Shown here one piece after another: positions 12,531-25,600 of a DNA stretch of 64,000 bases. The position numbers and the translations under genes are program-made. A model generated the notes under the pieces. The model searched no databases. It was not told the origin of the DNA and saw only the letters and a list, made by a program, of their open reading frames with translations. Within the stretch, counting starts at the first letter, position 1, and each line of letters starts with the position of its first letter. The DNA comes from Octopus bimaculoides (taxonomy: Eukaryota), in the NCBI RefSeq assembly GCF_001194135.2, contig NC_068985.1, positions 60,334,615-60,398,614 on the forward strand, read 5' to 3'.

Positions 12531-13440
12531 ATATATGCATGCTAATGCATGACCCACATTGGACTCCTCACTCATATCATTATCGAGCCTGGAGCTTGGG
12601 CATGGTCTATCCATAGCACTTACTTAGCTTTTACCTGATACCTTTTGGGTCTTCCTGTCACCAATACCTTTCATACCCTATATATATATATATATATNNN
12701 NNNNNNNNNNNNNNNNNNNNNNNNNNNNNNNNNNNNNNNNNNNNNNNNNNNNNNNNNNNNNNNNNNNNNNNNNNNNNNNNNNNNNNNNNNNNNNNNNNNN
12801 NNNNNNNNNNNNNNNNNNNNNNNNNNNNNNNNNNNNNNNNNNNNNNNNNNNNNNNNNNNNNNNNNNNNNNNNNNNNNNNNNNNNNNNNNNNNNNNNNNNN
12901 NNNNNNNNNNNNNNNNNNNNNNNNNNNNNNNNNNNNNNNNNNNNNNNNNNNNNNNNNNNNNNNNNNNNNNNNNNNNNNNNNNNNNNNNNNNNNNNNNNNN
13001 NNNNNNNNNNNNNNNNNNNNNNNNNNNNNNNNNNNNNNNNNNNNNNNNNNNNNNNNNNNNNNNNNNNNNNNNNNNNNNNNNNNNNNNNNNNNNNNNNNNN
13101 NNNNNNNNNNNNNNNNNNNNNNNNNNNNNNNNNNNNNNNNNNNNNNNNNNNNNNNNNNNNNNNNNNNNNNNNNNNNNNNNNNNNNNNNNNNNNNNNNNNN
13201 NNNNNNNNNNNNNNNNNNNNNNNNNNNNNNNNNNNNNNNNNNNNNNNNNNNNNNNNNNNNNNNNNNNNNNNNNNNNNNNNNNNNNNNNNNNNNNNNNNNN
13301 NNNNNNNNNNNNNNNNNNNNNNNNNNNNNNNNNNNNNNNNNNNNNNNNNNNNNNNNNNNNNNNNNNNNNNNNNNNNNNNNNNNNNNNNNNNNNNNNNNNN
13401 NNNNNNNNNNNNNATATATATATATATATATATATATATA

Positions 13441-14305
13441 CAAAGTCTGATTAATAAATATCCAGACTGTTGCCATAGTAGCGAAGCTAAAGCACACAGA
13501 GTGAAGCTGCTTGGCAAAGATTGGCCTTGAACTCTGCTGTGTATGTGCACTAAGTGTTAACAATCTAGCTCACTTTTGCTGTTTACAGCAGCGTTTGGAA
13601 GGAAGGTGTGTAACATGTGTTCATCGCATTGACCATGACAGAGAAAGTTGTCATGGTAACACCTGCTCAGAGGCCTATGCAAAATTGCAGAGTGTATGGA
13701 GAGGAGTGTATGAGCTGCATAGAAGTGTACAAGTGGTTCAGACGTTTCCAAGATGGCTAAAAAATGTCAATATTGACAAATGTTCTGGGAGACCCACAAC
13801 CAGAAGAACTGAGAAAAACATCGCAGATGTTCATGCAGCTGTGAGGGGAAATCATTGAATCACCATCCGTGAGTTATCAGAAGATGTGCAGATTAGTCAC
13901 AGTTCAGTTCAGTCGACTATCACTGCCAAGTTTGTGTCAAAACGACTTTCAGCTGACCAAAAAGACACTGGAGTTTCAGTTGCAGAAGATCTTCTTCATT
14001 GTGTTGAGAACAATGAAAACGTTTTGAAAACTTTGCATAGGTGTCTGAGCACATGTCGCCAAGCTTTTGACAAAATTTTATGCAGATTCTTGGTTCAACT
14101 TTCTTTGTCATGGTCAATGTGGTGATCACATGCTACACACCTTCCTTTCAAGCACTGTTGTGAACAGCAGAAGTGAGTTAGAATATTAAAACTTATTACA
14201 CATACACAACAGAGTTCAAGGTCAATCTGAGCCAAGTGGCTTCACTCTGTGTGCTTTAGCTTCGTTACCTTGGCAACAGTGTGGATACTTATTGATCATA
14301 CCACG
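13441..14305. mobile_element. Non-autonomous mariner with both arms derived from the 5' end
   Basis: Long imperfect TIRs with TA flanks. The left arm encodes the transposase N-terminus (SEAYAKLQ...SGRPTT...). The right arm is the inverted 5' end (MTKKVEPRICIKFCQKLGD). Confidence 0.85.
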
Positions 14306-14345
14306 TATGTATGCACATATATGTGTGTGTGTGTTTATATATATA

Positions 14346-14380
<35 letters not shown>

Positions 14381-14481
14381 GTATGTACATATGTGTGTGT
14401 GTATATATATATGTGTGTGTATAAGTATGTATGGACATATATATGAATATTTATATTTCTAAGTCTCTCTATATGTGTGTG

Positions 14482-14517
<36 letters not shown>

Positions 14518-16349
14518 TGTATGTATGTATGTATGTATGTATGTATGTGCGTACATGCATGCATACATTTACTTGCTCCTGTACATGCAAATATATATAT
14601 AAATAGTAGTTTGAGACAGGTAAGAAAGAGAGAGAGTGAGAGAGAACAACTTCCTGTTACCTTCAAATACATATCTACCAACTGCAGATTCTATTTCCCT
14701 TGTTAAGTTCAAAAGAAAGCAATGAAAGTTTGTTCAGGGTTTTCCTATTCCTTTCATCACATCCATTTTAATTTAAAAATTAAAAATTAAAAGAAAAATA
14801 GTAAACCTAAATTTGTAAATTCAAGCTGTGAGTTCCACTCTTCAACTTTCAATCTTTTCTCTAAGCCTGATAATCATTTAACTTCATCTATGTTCATAGA
14901 ATAAAGAGTACAAAACAATTGAAGGTATAAAGATATTTTTGACAGACTAAATATCAAATGTTTAGGGCAGAGTAAATATTATTTAAAACTTTTTATCAGA
15001 CGTTGAAATAAGATTTGTCAAAAAATATAGATGTTCCTGGTGTGGTGTCTTTTGAATTTCAGTAGGATTGAGAAGAACAAAAAGGTGGGAGGAAGTAGGG
15101 AGAGAACGACCTTTGATTGTGTATTCTAGTTTGTGTATTTACTCCAGAAAATAAATGTCAGTCTATCAGGCAAAGATGACATCTCAAGAATTTATTATTG
15201 GTATTATCTTATCATCATCATCATCAACATTATTTTTGCTGTTGACTTTTATAATTAAAAACAAATGTGTATGTGTACGTAGATACATATGAGTGAATGA
15301 TAGAATGTGTCTTATATGTATAGAATGTATCTACTGTACATCATACAAATGAAATCAGAAATGATTACATGAACTGAAGAGGAGAAAGAATACCTCAGAG
15401 AACAAATAATAGTTTTTGAAAGCAAGGCACGATCACAATCAAACATGGGAATTATGATGCCAGACTAAAACAAAAACAAAGCAAGTGGCATCATCAGTAG
15501 GAAGAAATGGAGTACAGTAAACTCTCTCGCTCTCCCTCCCTCTCTCGCCCTTCTTTCTATTTCAATCTTTTCTTACCTTCTTACACCCTCTCTTGCTGAA
15601 ACAACTTGCCATACTTTCATTAATTTGCTCAATACAACAGTACTCACAAGTTGATATAAGAAAAAAAGAACAAGATCAATATATTTTGCCAGGTTTGGTA
15701 GAAAATTTCCTTGTACAAAATACTGATTACGACAGGCCATAATTCTTGAGGGCACTTTCTGATAAAAGAGTATGAGCTCCAAAGCAAAGGAGATCATGAA
15801 GCTAATGTGAAATCTCAAGCCTAATAATGTCACTAGTTCTGGTCAAATTCCTACCATAGTTCTGAAAAATTATTACATGGAAATAATCAGGCCCTGTATC
15901 TTGTCTATTTTACCTGTTTTATTTGTGGTTTATTTTCAAACCAGTTTAAGATTTGTCTCTGTAATCCCTAAACATAACAGGGGCTCTGTGTCAAAATACC
16001 AACTTATTCCATTAGTCAGCAGCAAGAGAAATTCTTCTGTAAAGAATAGAACCATGATATAAGTCTATTCCACTGTTACTGTTGTTTCCAATTCTGGCCT
16101 CCTATACATGGTATATATAAAGGGTGAATTTTGTGTGAATATTTAGAGTTGAATTGTAGATGTACCCATGACGTTACAGTGTTCTGATTAGGTGACTTTC
16201 ATTATCTGCATCAATAAACAAACCATACAATAAATCATACAATACTATTGTATAATGCTAAATGTACATATTGATGTCAATATGCACATATAATTTTGCA
16301 CACTGAAATTAATAATACTACATGAGGAAGGTTATGAAATAACTGTAAA

Positions 16350-16740
16350 CATACGGAAGTCTTATGGAAAAATGAATCTATATTCACCTCTGACTGGCGT
16401 GCCAAAACGAAGACTTTTGAATTTTACCATTAAGCTGTAATTAGCAGAACCATATGCACGCGCACCCATGGCGGTGGGCAACTCTGTATACGATTCTGAT
16501 GATTGCGGTTACATTACAAATCAGGCTGAAGAGGAATAGACAAATGGTAAGAATTTGTTAAATCCGAAACCGGTTCCTGTTTAAGAATGCTTTTTTAGGT
16601 GATTTTAAATGTCTTGCCCACTCACGTTTTGGTATGCTGCTATATTTCATGTTGAGAACAATTTAGGTCTTAATAGACACGAGATGTGATCTATTTCTAG
16701 CGCATTAATTGTCCACGTTAGTGGTCGACATTATTTTTTA
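16350..16740. promoter_or_regulatory. Second CpG-rich island, candidate promoter / first exon
   Basis: Local CpG enrichment, ETS-like CGGAAGT at 16354-16360, and a plus-strand ...ACAAATG|gtaaga donor at 16547. Confidence 0.5.
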
Positions 16741-16793
16741 AAATGTACCTTAATCCCCTGAGATTGNNNNNNNNNNTAATTAACAGATTTTAT

Positions 16794-16856
<63 letters not shown>

Positions 16857-17099
16857 TTTAATAAGCTTAAGGCTTATAAGTTATCACCATGCATTGACTA
16901 AGGAAAATAGTCTAATATTGGGACACATAAACCCTAGATGGAAAAAAAGTGGGATTTTCCGTATGTGTGGGACTTGAACCCACATCAAGCTTTAAGCTTA
17001 TAAAATATCATCATCATCATCGTTTAACGTCTGCTTTCCATGCTAGCATGGGTTGGACATTACAGAATTGTAAAATTGACATCACTTACCAAATCATCA

Positions 17100-17329
17100 C
17101 ATATTCTCTTATTCTTTTACTTGTTTCAGCTATTTGACTGTAGTCATTCTGAAGCACCACCTTAAAGAGTGTTAGTCGAACAAATTGAACCCAGGAATTA
17201 TTCTTTGTAAGCCTAGTACTTATTCTATCGGTCTCTTTTGCCAAAGTAACTGCTAAGTTACGAGGACAAAAACATACCAACATCGGTTGTCAACTGACTG
17301 TGGAGGGACAAACACAGACACAAACACAC

Positions 17330-17335
<6 letters not shown>
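17100..17335 (-). mobile_element. SINE family B, 3' part
   Basis: Reverse complement of the ...GTAACTTAGCAGTT...GCAAAAGAGACCGATAGAATAAGTACTAGGCTTACAAAGAATAA... segment shared with other copies. Confidence 0.8.
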
Positions 17336-17370
<35 letters not shown>

Positions 17371-17618
17371 ANNNNNNNNNNNNNNNNNNNNNNNNNNNNN
17401 NNNNNNNNNNNNNNNNNNNNNNNNNNNNNNNNNNNNNNNNNNNNNNNNNNNNNNNNNNNNNNNNNNNNNNNNNNNNNNNNNNNNNNNNNNNNNNNNNNNN
17501 NNNNNNNNNNNNNNNNNNNNNNNNNNNNNNNNNNNNNNNNNNNNNNNNNNNNNNNNNNNNNNNNNNNNNNNNNNNNNNNNNNNNNNNNNNNNNNNNNNNN
17601 NNNNNNNNNNNNNNNNNN

Positions 17619-17665
<47 letters not shown>

Positions 17666-17679
17666 CACACACACACACA

Positions 17680-17896
17680 CGAGGGGGTGCTGAAAAGTTC
17701 CTGGTTTTGGGTAAAAGAAAAAGCAGGAGGATCAGTTAATTATGATTTTATTGAACATATTCCCCTCTCAAATTCATACACTTATTGCATTGGTCCATCA
17801 GTTTTTTTTAGCCCTGTAAAAACACTTGGCAGGTTGGACCTTCAACCAGGCCTTTTGCAATACCCCTAATGCCAGGAACTTTCCAGCATCCCCTTG
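17680..17896. mobile_element. Mariner-derived MITE (same family as 3868-4084, opposite orientation)
   Basis: TIRs CGAGGGGGTGCTGAAAAGTTCCTGG / CCAGGAACTTTCCAGCATCCCCTTG; the interior is homologous to the other copy. Confidence 0.8.
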
Positions 17897-18092
17897 TATA
17901 GTGAGTATAGTGAGGTCTTTGTATATGAACATAATTCATTCCAGGGACCCATTCATTAAACAAATCGTTTGTTACAGGCATAATTGAAACTCATATAAAT
18001 GGGAGTGAGCCATCCTAAGCCACACTAAAACTCCACATAAAGGCATGAAAAGATGTTTTATTTGACTATCTATCAACAACAAAATCACAAAT

Positions 18093-19590
18093 AAGGTGCA
18101 GGCATGGCTGTGTGGTAAGAAGCTTGCTTCCTAACCACATGTTTATGGGCTCAGTCCCATTGCATGACACCTACTATAGCCTCAGACTTGGTAAATGGAA
18201 ACTTAAAGAAGCCCATTGTACAGGGTGTCCTGAAATTAAAGCAACCAAAGTTTCAGGCTTTAATAACTATCAATAAAATTGATAAAATATGAAAATTATG
18301 CATCATTATAAAAGCTTAGTGTGTCTTCTTTTTGTTTTAGATTAAATAAATTCAGATTTATAAATTAGATCATGGCTATAGACCAAAATACAATCATAAC
18401 CCTCCACAAAAAAGGTGAAAGTAATATAACCATAGCAAAAAAGCTTAGAATTAACTAAACAACAGTCTGGAAAATTGTCTAGAAATTTCAAGAGACTGGT
18501 TCCACCACTGATCGACTTGGACGTGGTTGAAAAGGAAGTGTGTGGAACCCTCAGCTTATCAAAAGTACCAGAGAAAAGATATGGAGAAATTATCATTGTT
18601 CCATCAGAAAACAGACTGTCTCAGCAAAAATAAGCCAAACATCGATGTATCAAGTGCTGAAGGAGGATCTCAGGACCCATCTCTACATGATGATCAGCCG
18701 TCATGAACTCACGCAATGTGACTGGAACAAAATTGTCATATCCTGTAGCAGACTGCTGAAAGCATGCTGCCCAACCTAGTGTTCACTGATGAAAAGAAAT
18801 TTGACATTGAACAGAATAACCAGCAGAACAACCAGAATAACCGACTTTAGAGTGTATCTGGTTCCATCGAGGGTAGACTCATAGCTTGATGTCAAAATCC
18901 AGTCAGTTTTGGTTTGGGTGGCTGTGACAGCTACTGGAAGGTCTCCCCTCGTTTTTGTGCCCTCAGGTGTTAAAATTAATACCCAGCAATACATAAGCAA
19001 CATTTTGGAAACTGAAATGCTTCCATTGGTGAATGAGTACTTTCAAAGTGCACCTTGGAGCCTCCAACAGGGCTTGGCACCATTCCAAACAGACACAACA
19101 CTGGATTGAGAAAAACATTCTGTCATTCAGAAGCCCCAATCTCAACCTGCTGGATTTTTCTGTTTGGTCCATTATGGAGATGAGGGTATTGAGCACTCCT
19201 TATGCTTCACTTGATGTTGTGAAAGCAAAACTGTGCCAGGAATGGGCTACAGTTCTGCAAGAACAGCTGTGTGCCACATGTGAAGCATTCACATCTAGAC
19301 TTAAGGCTGTGATTCAAAACAGGGGGTCATATCAAATAAATGTGGTTGTGTCATAATTATGTTTCTTTTTTCATTGCATTGCAATGCTTGGACCCAAAAT
19401 ATAATAATATTTCACATCAGCAAAATTGAAGAAAATTGGTTGCCTTAATTTTGGGCACTCTGTATGTGTGTGTGTGTGTGTGTTTATATCCCTGTAATTT
19501 AGTGGTTTGGCAAAAGAGATCAATAGAACAATTACCAAGCTCAAAATTCTTCAAGGTAATGCCCCAGCATGGCCTCAGTCTAATGATTGA
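18093..19590 (+). mobile_element. SINE family B split by the Tc1/mariner insertion
   Basis: The head AAGGTGCAGGCATGGCTGTGTGGTAAGAAGCTTGCTT lies at ~18093-18220. The 3' half resumes at ~19465 after the transposon. Confidence 0.75.
18221..19462 (+). mobile_element. Full-length decayed Tc1/mariner, maT (DD37D, Bmmar1-like) type
   Basis: TIRs CAGGGTGTCCTGAAATTAAAGCAACCAA / TTGGTTGCCTTAATTTTGGGCACTCTG with a TA duplication. The frameshifted transposase has VWVAVTATGRSPLVFVPSGVKINTQQYI and RSPNLNLLDFSVWSI. Confidence 0.85.
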
Positions 19591-20061
19591 AACAAGTTGG
19601 AAATGAGAGATGTGTGTGTGTGTGTGAGTATGCTTGCATATGTGTACATTTTTCCTTTTTTTTTTCGCTTCTTTCAATCCATGGTTATGTCTTTAGCAAA
19701 AATATGAGAAATATTAGTTTTTAAAAAAGTATGCAAATTTTTGACATTGTTTGCACATGCTCTTCCAGTTACCTATATGCATGCATTGTCTAGTTATAGT
19801 TTGTTGTTCAAATTTCATTGTAGGTTGAGTATAATTTTTCATCAGAAAACTGTTTGGTATATAATTTGTTCATTTATCATAATGTTTGTTTGTATATGCT
19901 CTCCCTCAACTTAAACGCATGCATAGTATGCTTGCTGTTCACTGATCTAATTTCAGATCATTACACAAGTTTAATTTTCTTCAGGAAAATGGTTGTTTAT
20001 TCATTTTGTTCATTTAGGGAGCTGTTCATATATGCATACTCATTATATATAACCCTACACC

Positions 20062-21189
20062 AATAAACCAAACTACATATCCTTCCCCTGAACCCTCCAA
20101 AAGGTGGGGGCAAGTACCACAGTTTGGTCGACCACATTTTTTCACTTTTGGTTCTGTTGTTAATGGATACAGTTTTGTGCTGCTGGTTAATATTTTTTTC
20201 AGTGATTTAGGTTGCATTTTACTTTTGATAATCTTGTGTGAGTCTAAAATTTTGTTCATTGTTTTATCTCTTGTGAGGATGGGTAGATTTTGGATGATAA
20301 CGTAAAAAGCTTTGTTGTTTCTAGGGTTATTTGTAGAGATGTATGGGAGTATTTTTGAGTTTGGTTCAGTATTTCAGTTGACTTCCCTTAATGTTCGTAT
20401 GTCTATTTCCTTAGCTCGTTTAAATCCATCATTTGTTATATTGGGTAATGTCTTTTGATTAGTATTGATCTGAGTTCAAGGAGTCTTTGTTCACGAATAT
20501 AGGTGTCTGAAACTATGGTACAGATTCTTTTCGCTAGATTATAAGGAATATAAATTTTTATGTGTTTGGGGTGGCATGAGTTGAATAATAGGTATTGTTT
20601 AGAATCTGTGGGTTTATAGAAGATGCCAGTTTCGATGTGGTTATTGACTATTTTAATTAGGATGTCAAGAAAAGGGAGTTGTTTACTGCTGTGTTCCATG
20701 GTGAATTGTATGTTGCTATTGATATTGCTAAGCATTATTTTGAAATCGAGGAGTTTGTCCATGCTGTCTTTCCAAAGTATAAAGCAATCGTCCAGATACC
20801 ACTTTCAGTTCTCCTTTAGATAGCAATGAAAAGAGGTGCCATATTTTTGTAGTGATGGTTGATATATTTTATCTAATCTATGCCATTACATGCTTAGGGT
20901 ATGGTAATAATTATATTGGCCAAACAGGAATATCACTCCATAGAAGAACCACTCTCCACAAAGAACAAATCCACCACCCACAATACAGACAGATACAGGT
21001 CAGTGGACACATAGAAAGGTGTGCGAGGAATCTTAATCCTAATTTCCTAATTTTTCCCTTCTATCAATGTTCACAGAACACCTCAGTACAACAAAGAATG
21101 AATAAAGAGGCAACTTTCATCAATAAATATCTTCCACAACTAAATATGAGCACATAACATAATATAGAATACTACTAACCTTCCATTCN
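20062..21189. mobile_element. Penelope-like retroelement with 5' inversion (RT on -, GIY-YIG on +)
   Basis: Minus strand: YLDD at 20787-20798, FTMEHSSKQLPFLDILI...YKPTDSKQYLLFNSCHPKH, and linker CGRPNCGTC. Plus strand: LIYAITC...NYIGQTG...KEATFINKYLPQLN. Confidence 0.9.
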
Positions 21190-21481
21190 NNNNNNNNNNN
21201 NNNNNNNNNNNNNNNNNNNNNNNNNNNNNNNNNNNNNNNNNNNNNNNNNNNNNNNNNNNNNNNNNNNNNNNNNNNNNNNNNNNNNNNNNNNNNNNNNNNN
21301 NNNNNNNNNNNNNNNNNNNNNNNNNNNNNNNNNNNNNNNNNNNNNNNNNNNNNNNNNNNNNNNNNNNNNNNNNNNNNNNNNNNNNNNNNNNNNNNNNNNN
21401 NNNNNNNNNNNNNNNNNNNNNNNNNNNNNNNNNNNNNNNNNNNNNNNNNNNNNNNNNNNNNNNNNNNNNNNNNNNNNNNNN

Positions 21482-21615
21482 AATGACTTTTATTACTTTT
21501 ATTCCTACCTCAGTTCATCTAATTGTATATATCTATTGTTACTTTTCATAAAAAGCCTTTACTTTTTTTGATTTCCAATGTGCATTTTCGCATATTTTTC
21601 TCCTTCTTACTTTCC

Positions 21616-21620
<5 letters not shown>
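21482..21620 (+). mobile_element. PLE pseudo-LTR 3' segment
   Basis: Follows the PLE across the gap. A homologous copy lies on the minus strand at ~54365-54555. Confidence 0.6.
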
Positions 21621-21671
<51 letters not shown>

Positions 21672-21682
21672 GTATATACATA

Positions 21683-22582
21683 TCTACTACATATGTGGGA
21701 AATTCTGTCTATGGGTGTGTTTTGGGAGTTATTAGCTAACTCCTCCTATATCCTTTTATTGATTTTGATAAAACTTGACACATGATTAGAAGTCATGTCT
21801 GGAAACCTCATGGCATACTCAGATTGTTGAAAACAAATCAATAATAGGGCCCCTGAAAGGGATCCTTATATATATCTAATATATTTCATATTAATATCCA
21901 AGGGAAATAACCACTTCGCCCTGATTTTAACCGCCAGGGGAAATAACCCATTCATTTTCCTAAATCATTTGGTATAAATCAAATTGAGTATGCTTATTTC
22001 TTAGTATTTGAACTGTTAGAGTTATTTTCGCAATCTATCCAGTACAACCCTTAAACAAGTAAATAGTATTTTCTTAAACAATAGATCCACTTATTTTGGT
22101 TAGAGACATATTCACGAATATACCAACATTAGTGCCACTGAGGGTAATATTCTCTGGGAATTCACAAAAGCCTTTTTCAGAGTTATTTACTTTGAATTGT
22201 TATTATTTCACATATGCTTAGCCTGTTATTACGTAACATGCTTCACGATTTTAGTATATATACCTTATTAGTATTTCCTTCTAAATTCTATATACTCTGG
22301 GAATGCATTAAAGCCCTTTTCAGGGCTACTTTATTTGAATTCTTGTTATTGGGTAACTAATTTCATGTTATTACATAACTGACTTCACAATTTGGGTATC
22401 CATAACTTATTGGAAATTCCTAAAAACAAGATCCTGTGTTAGACAGTTTGGTATTCTCTGTAAATGCACAAATACCTTTTTAAAGGCTACATACTTTGTA
22501 TTGTTGCTGGTGGATAAGCGAAGCAATTATGAGGACGGAACGAAGCCTTGCTTTCCCAGGAATTACTAAGTACATCAGCTAG
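21683..22582 (+). mobile_element. Non-autonomous Helitron (~900 bp)
   Basis: 5' A|TCTACTAC and 3' ...AGTACATCAGCTAG|T, with three degenerate ~150-bp internal repeats containing (T)ATTCTCTGGGAAT...AAAGCC(T)TTTT. Confidence 0.7.
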
Positions 22583-22588
22583 TGTTTT

Positions 22589-22621
<33 letters not shown>

Positions 22622-22624
22622 ATG

Positions 22625-22669
<45 letters not shown>

Positions 22670-22800
22670 ATATATATATATAGATATATATGTATATATA
22701 TATATATATGTATATATATATGTATATATATATGCATTTATATATATATATATGTATATATGTATGCATATATGTATATATATGTATATATATATATATG

Positions 22801-22899
<99 letters not shown>

Positions 22900-23718
22900 N
22901 NNNNNNNNNNNNNNNNNNNNNNNNNNNNNNNNNNNNNNNNNNNNNNNNNNNNNNNNNNNNNNNNNNNNNNNNNNNNNNNNNNNNNNNNNNNNNNNNNNNN
23001 NNNNNNNNNNNNNNNNNNNNNNNNNNNNNNNNNNNNNNNNNNNNNNNNNNNNNNNNNNNNNNNNNNNNNNNNNNNNNNNNNNNNNNNNNNNNNNNNNNNN
23101 NNNNNNNNNNNNNNNNNNNNNNNNNNNNNNNNNNNNNNNNNNNNNNNNNNNNNNNNNNNNNNNNNNNNNNNNNNNNNNNNNNNNNNNNNNNNNNNNNNNN
23201 NNNNNNNNNNNNNNNNNNNNNNNNNNNNNNNNNNNNNNNNNNNNNNNNNNNNNNNNNNNNNNNNNNNNNNNNNNNNNNNNNNNNNNNNNNNNNNNNNNNN
23301 NNNNNNNNNNNNNNNNNNNNNNNNNNNNNNNNNNNNNNNNNNNNNNNNNNNNNNNNNNNNNNNNNNNNNNNNNNNNNNNNNNNNNNNNAGAGAGAGAGCG
23401 AACTGTATTGTCAGATATCTAGATTAAATATACTGGAAGCAACATAGTCTATATGTCCAGATAGATATTAAAATAAATATATAAATATCCTTAAGGGACT
23501 CCATTGGAATCTCAAACCAATTATATCTCAATGACAACATCATTTTCAGTGGAAGAATTGTGGAGATAGGATAAAAGAAAAGCTAATTTGAAAAATAATT
23601 TCAGAAAGACAGAGAATGACATCGAGGGTAATCAAAAGAAGCTGCAAGGGGAATGGTAAAAAGAAAATCATTTAGAAACACACACAGACACACCTGTGCA
23701 TATGCAAATATGTATATG

Positions 23719-23760
<42 letters not shown>

Positions 23761-24166
23761 CTCAAAACTCAAAAATATGCATGTAAATGCACATACAAAC
23801 ACACACACATATAATACATTCAGTAAAGATTTTATATGGCTACAATCTGTTTTGAGTAATTATGCAAATTGTCGCGTAATTCACTCATTCAAACTACCTG
23901 TTTCTGTGTATTGTGTGAAAAAAGAACCAGCAGAAATTGGATTTGGTCTCAGAAGAGACACCAAAGCAAATGTGAACATTGTGTAGAATCCCTTTCTATG
24001 AGTGTGGAACAGTCCAAAACCATGACTCACCTGCTTGATTGACTCTTCTTTATTGTTTGGATAAATTGAAAACTAATTATAACTAACCCAGGTTGCCTCA
24101 AAATAATGCAAATAGTTGAGAGCAAAATTATTAATAATAATAATAACAATAATAATAATAATAATA

Positions 24167-25440
24167 CCACAATCGGACTGGCCAAATACCTTGAAACAAC
24201 CAACGATTGGATGCTGAAACTTGTTGAAAAACATGAAAGACCGAAAAAACTTCACTCTATTCTGAAAGAGAGCAAAAAATTCGCTACCAAACTCTTAGAT
24301 ACCCACCAGCTTGATCAGGTTGAAGGAAATGCGCCAACTGCTGCTGCAAAGAAAATAAAATTAATTGCAAAGACAAAAGCACATGAAAAATTAGCTAGCA
24401 GATGGGAACAGAAACCTCTGCATGGCAAGTATGTGGCTCGTAGCAAACAAGCTGATGTCGACCAGAAACGCACGCNNNNNNNNNNNNNNNNNNNNNNNNN
24501 NNNNNNNNNNNNNNNNNNNNNNNNNNNNNNNNNNNNNNNNNNNNNNNNNNNNNNNNNNNNNNNNNNNNNNNNNNNNNNNNNNNNNNNNNNNNNNNNNNNN
24601 NNNNNNNNNNNNNNNNNNNNNNNNNNNNNNNNNNNNNNNNNNNNNNNNNNNNNNNNNNNNNNNNNNNNNNNNNNNNNNNNNNNNNNNNNNNNNNNNNNNN
24701 NNNNNNNNNNNNNNNNNNNNNNNNNNNNNNNNNNNNNNNNNNNNNNNNNNNNNNNNNNNNNNNNNNNNNNNNNNNNNNNNNNNNNNNNNNNNNNNNNNNN
24801 NNNNNNNNNNNNNNNNNNNNNNNNNNNNNNNNNNNNNNNNNNNNNNNNNNNNNNNNNNNNNNNNNNNNNNNNNNNNNNNNNNNNNNNNNNNNNNNNNNNN
24901 NNNNNNNNNNNNNNNNNNNNNNNNNNNNNNNNNNNNNNNNNNNNNNNNNNNNNNNNNNNNNNNNNNNNNNNNNNNNNNNNNNNNNNNNNNNNNNNNNNNN
25001 NNNNNNNNNNNNNNNNNNNNNNNNNNNNNNNNNNNNNNNNNNNNNNNNNNNNNNNNNNNNNNNNNNNNNNNNNNNNNNNNNNNNNNNNNNNNNNNNNNNN
25101 NNNNNNNNNNNNNNNNNNNNNNNNNNNNNNNNNNNNNNNNNNNNNNNNNNNNNNNNNNNNNNNNNNNNNNNNNNNNNNNNNNNNNNNNNNNNNNNNNNNN
25201 NNNNNNNNNNNNNNNNNNNNNNNNNNNNNNNNNNNNNNNNNNNNNNNNNNNNNNNNNNNNNNNNNNNNNNNNNNNNNNNNNNNNNNNNNNNNNNNNNNNN
25301 NNNNNNNNNAATACATGGTTTACCTGTGAATTTGCGTGTGTAAACTGGGATTGCATACAAAGAGTTTCTCTGCCCTAGGTGTACGGAAAACACTCGGCGA
25401 GAAATGGAAGAAAATTTGAAGAAAGAAGGAAAAAAACAAC
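24167..25440 (+). mobile_element. R4/Dong-type RLE retrotransposon, 5'-truncated, interior in gap
   Basis: Directly after (AAT)n: TIGLAKYL...RWEQKPLHGKY...DVDQKRT, the pre-CCHC region also seen in the 60.8-61.7 kb copy. A putative 3' UTR at 25310-25440 is followed by (AAT)n. Confidence 0.75.
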
Positions 25441-25444
25441 AACA

Positions 25445-25600
25445 TAATAATAATAATAATAATAACAACAACAACATTGAAAAATACCTTAGGAATGAGA
25501 ACCCAGGTTCGAAATTTCCCCAAGACACCTGAAGAAGATGAGGACAAATATCCGTTGAATGTAAATAATGTAAATAATGTAAATAATAATAATAATAATA
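25445..25600 (+). mobile_element. Tail fragment of the tRNA-head/PLE-tail repeat (hammerhead part deleted)
   Basis: AAAAATACCTTAGGAATGAGAACCCAGGTTCGAAATTTCCCCAAGACACCTGA joins directly to AGATGAGGACAAATATCCG; compare 58375-58510. Confidence 0.75.

Noticed and set aside
6157-16037. Phase-compatible chain of minus-strand exon candidates (16030 region, 15575 region, 14698-14661, 6341-6157)
   Set aside because: A chain can be built, but the product is unrecognisable and alternative joins are equally plausible. It needs transcript data.
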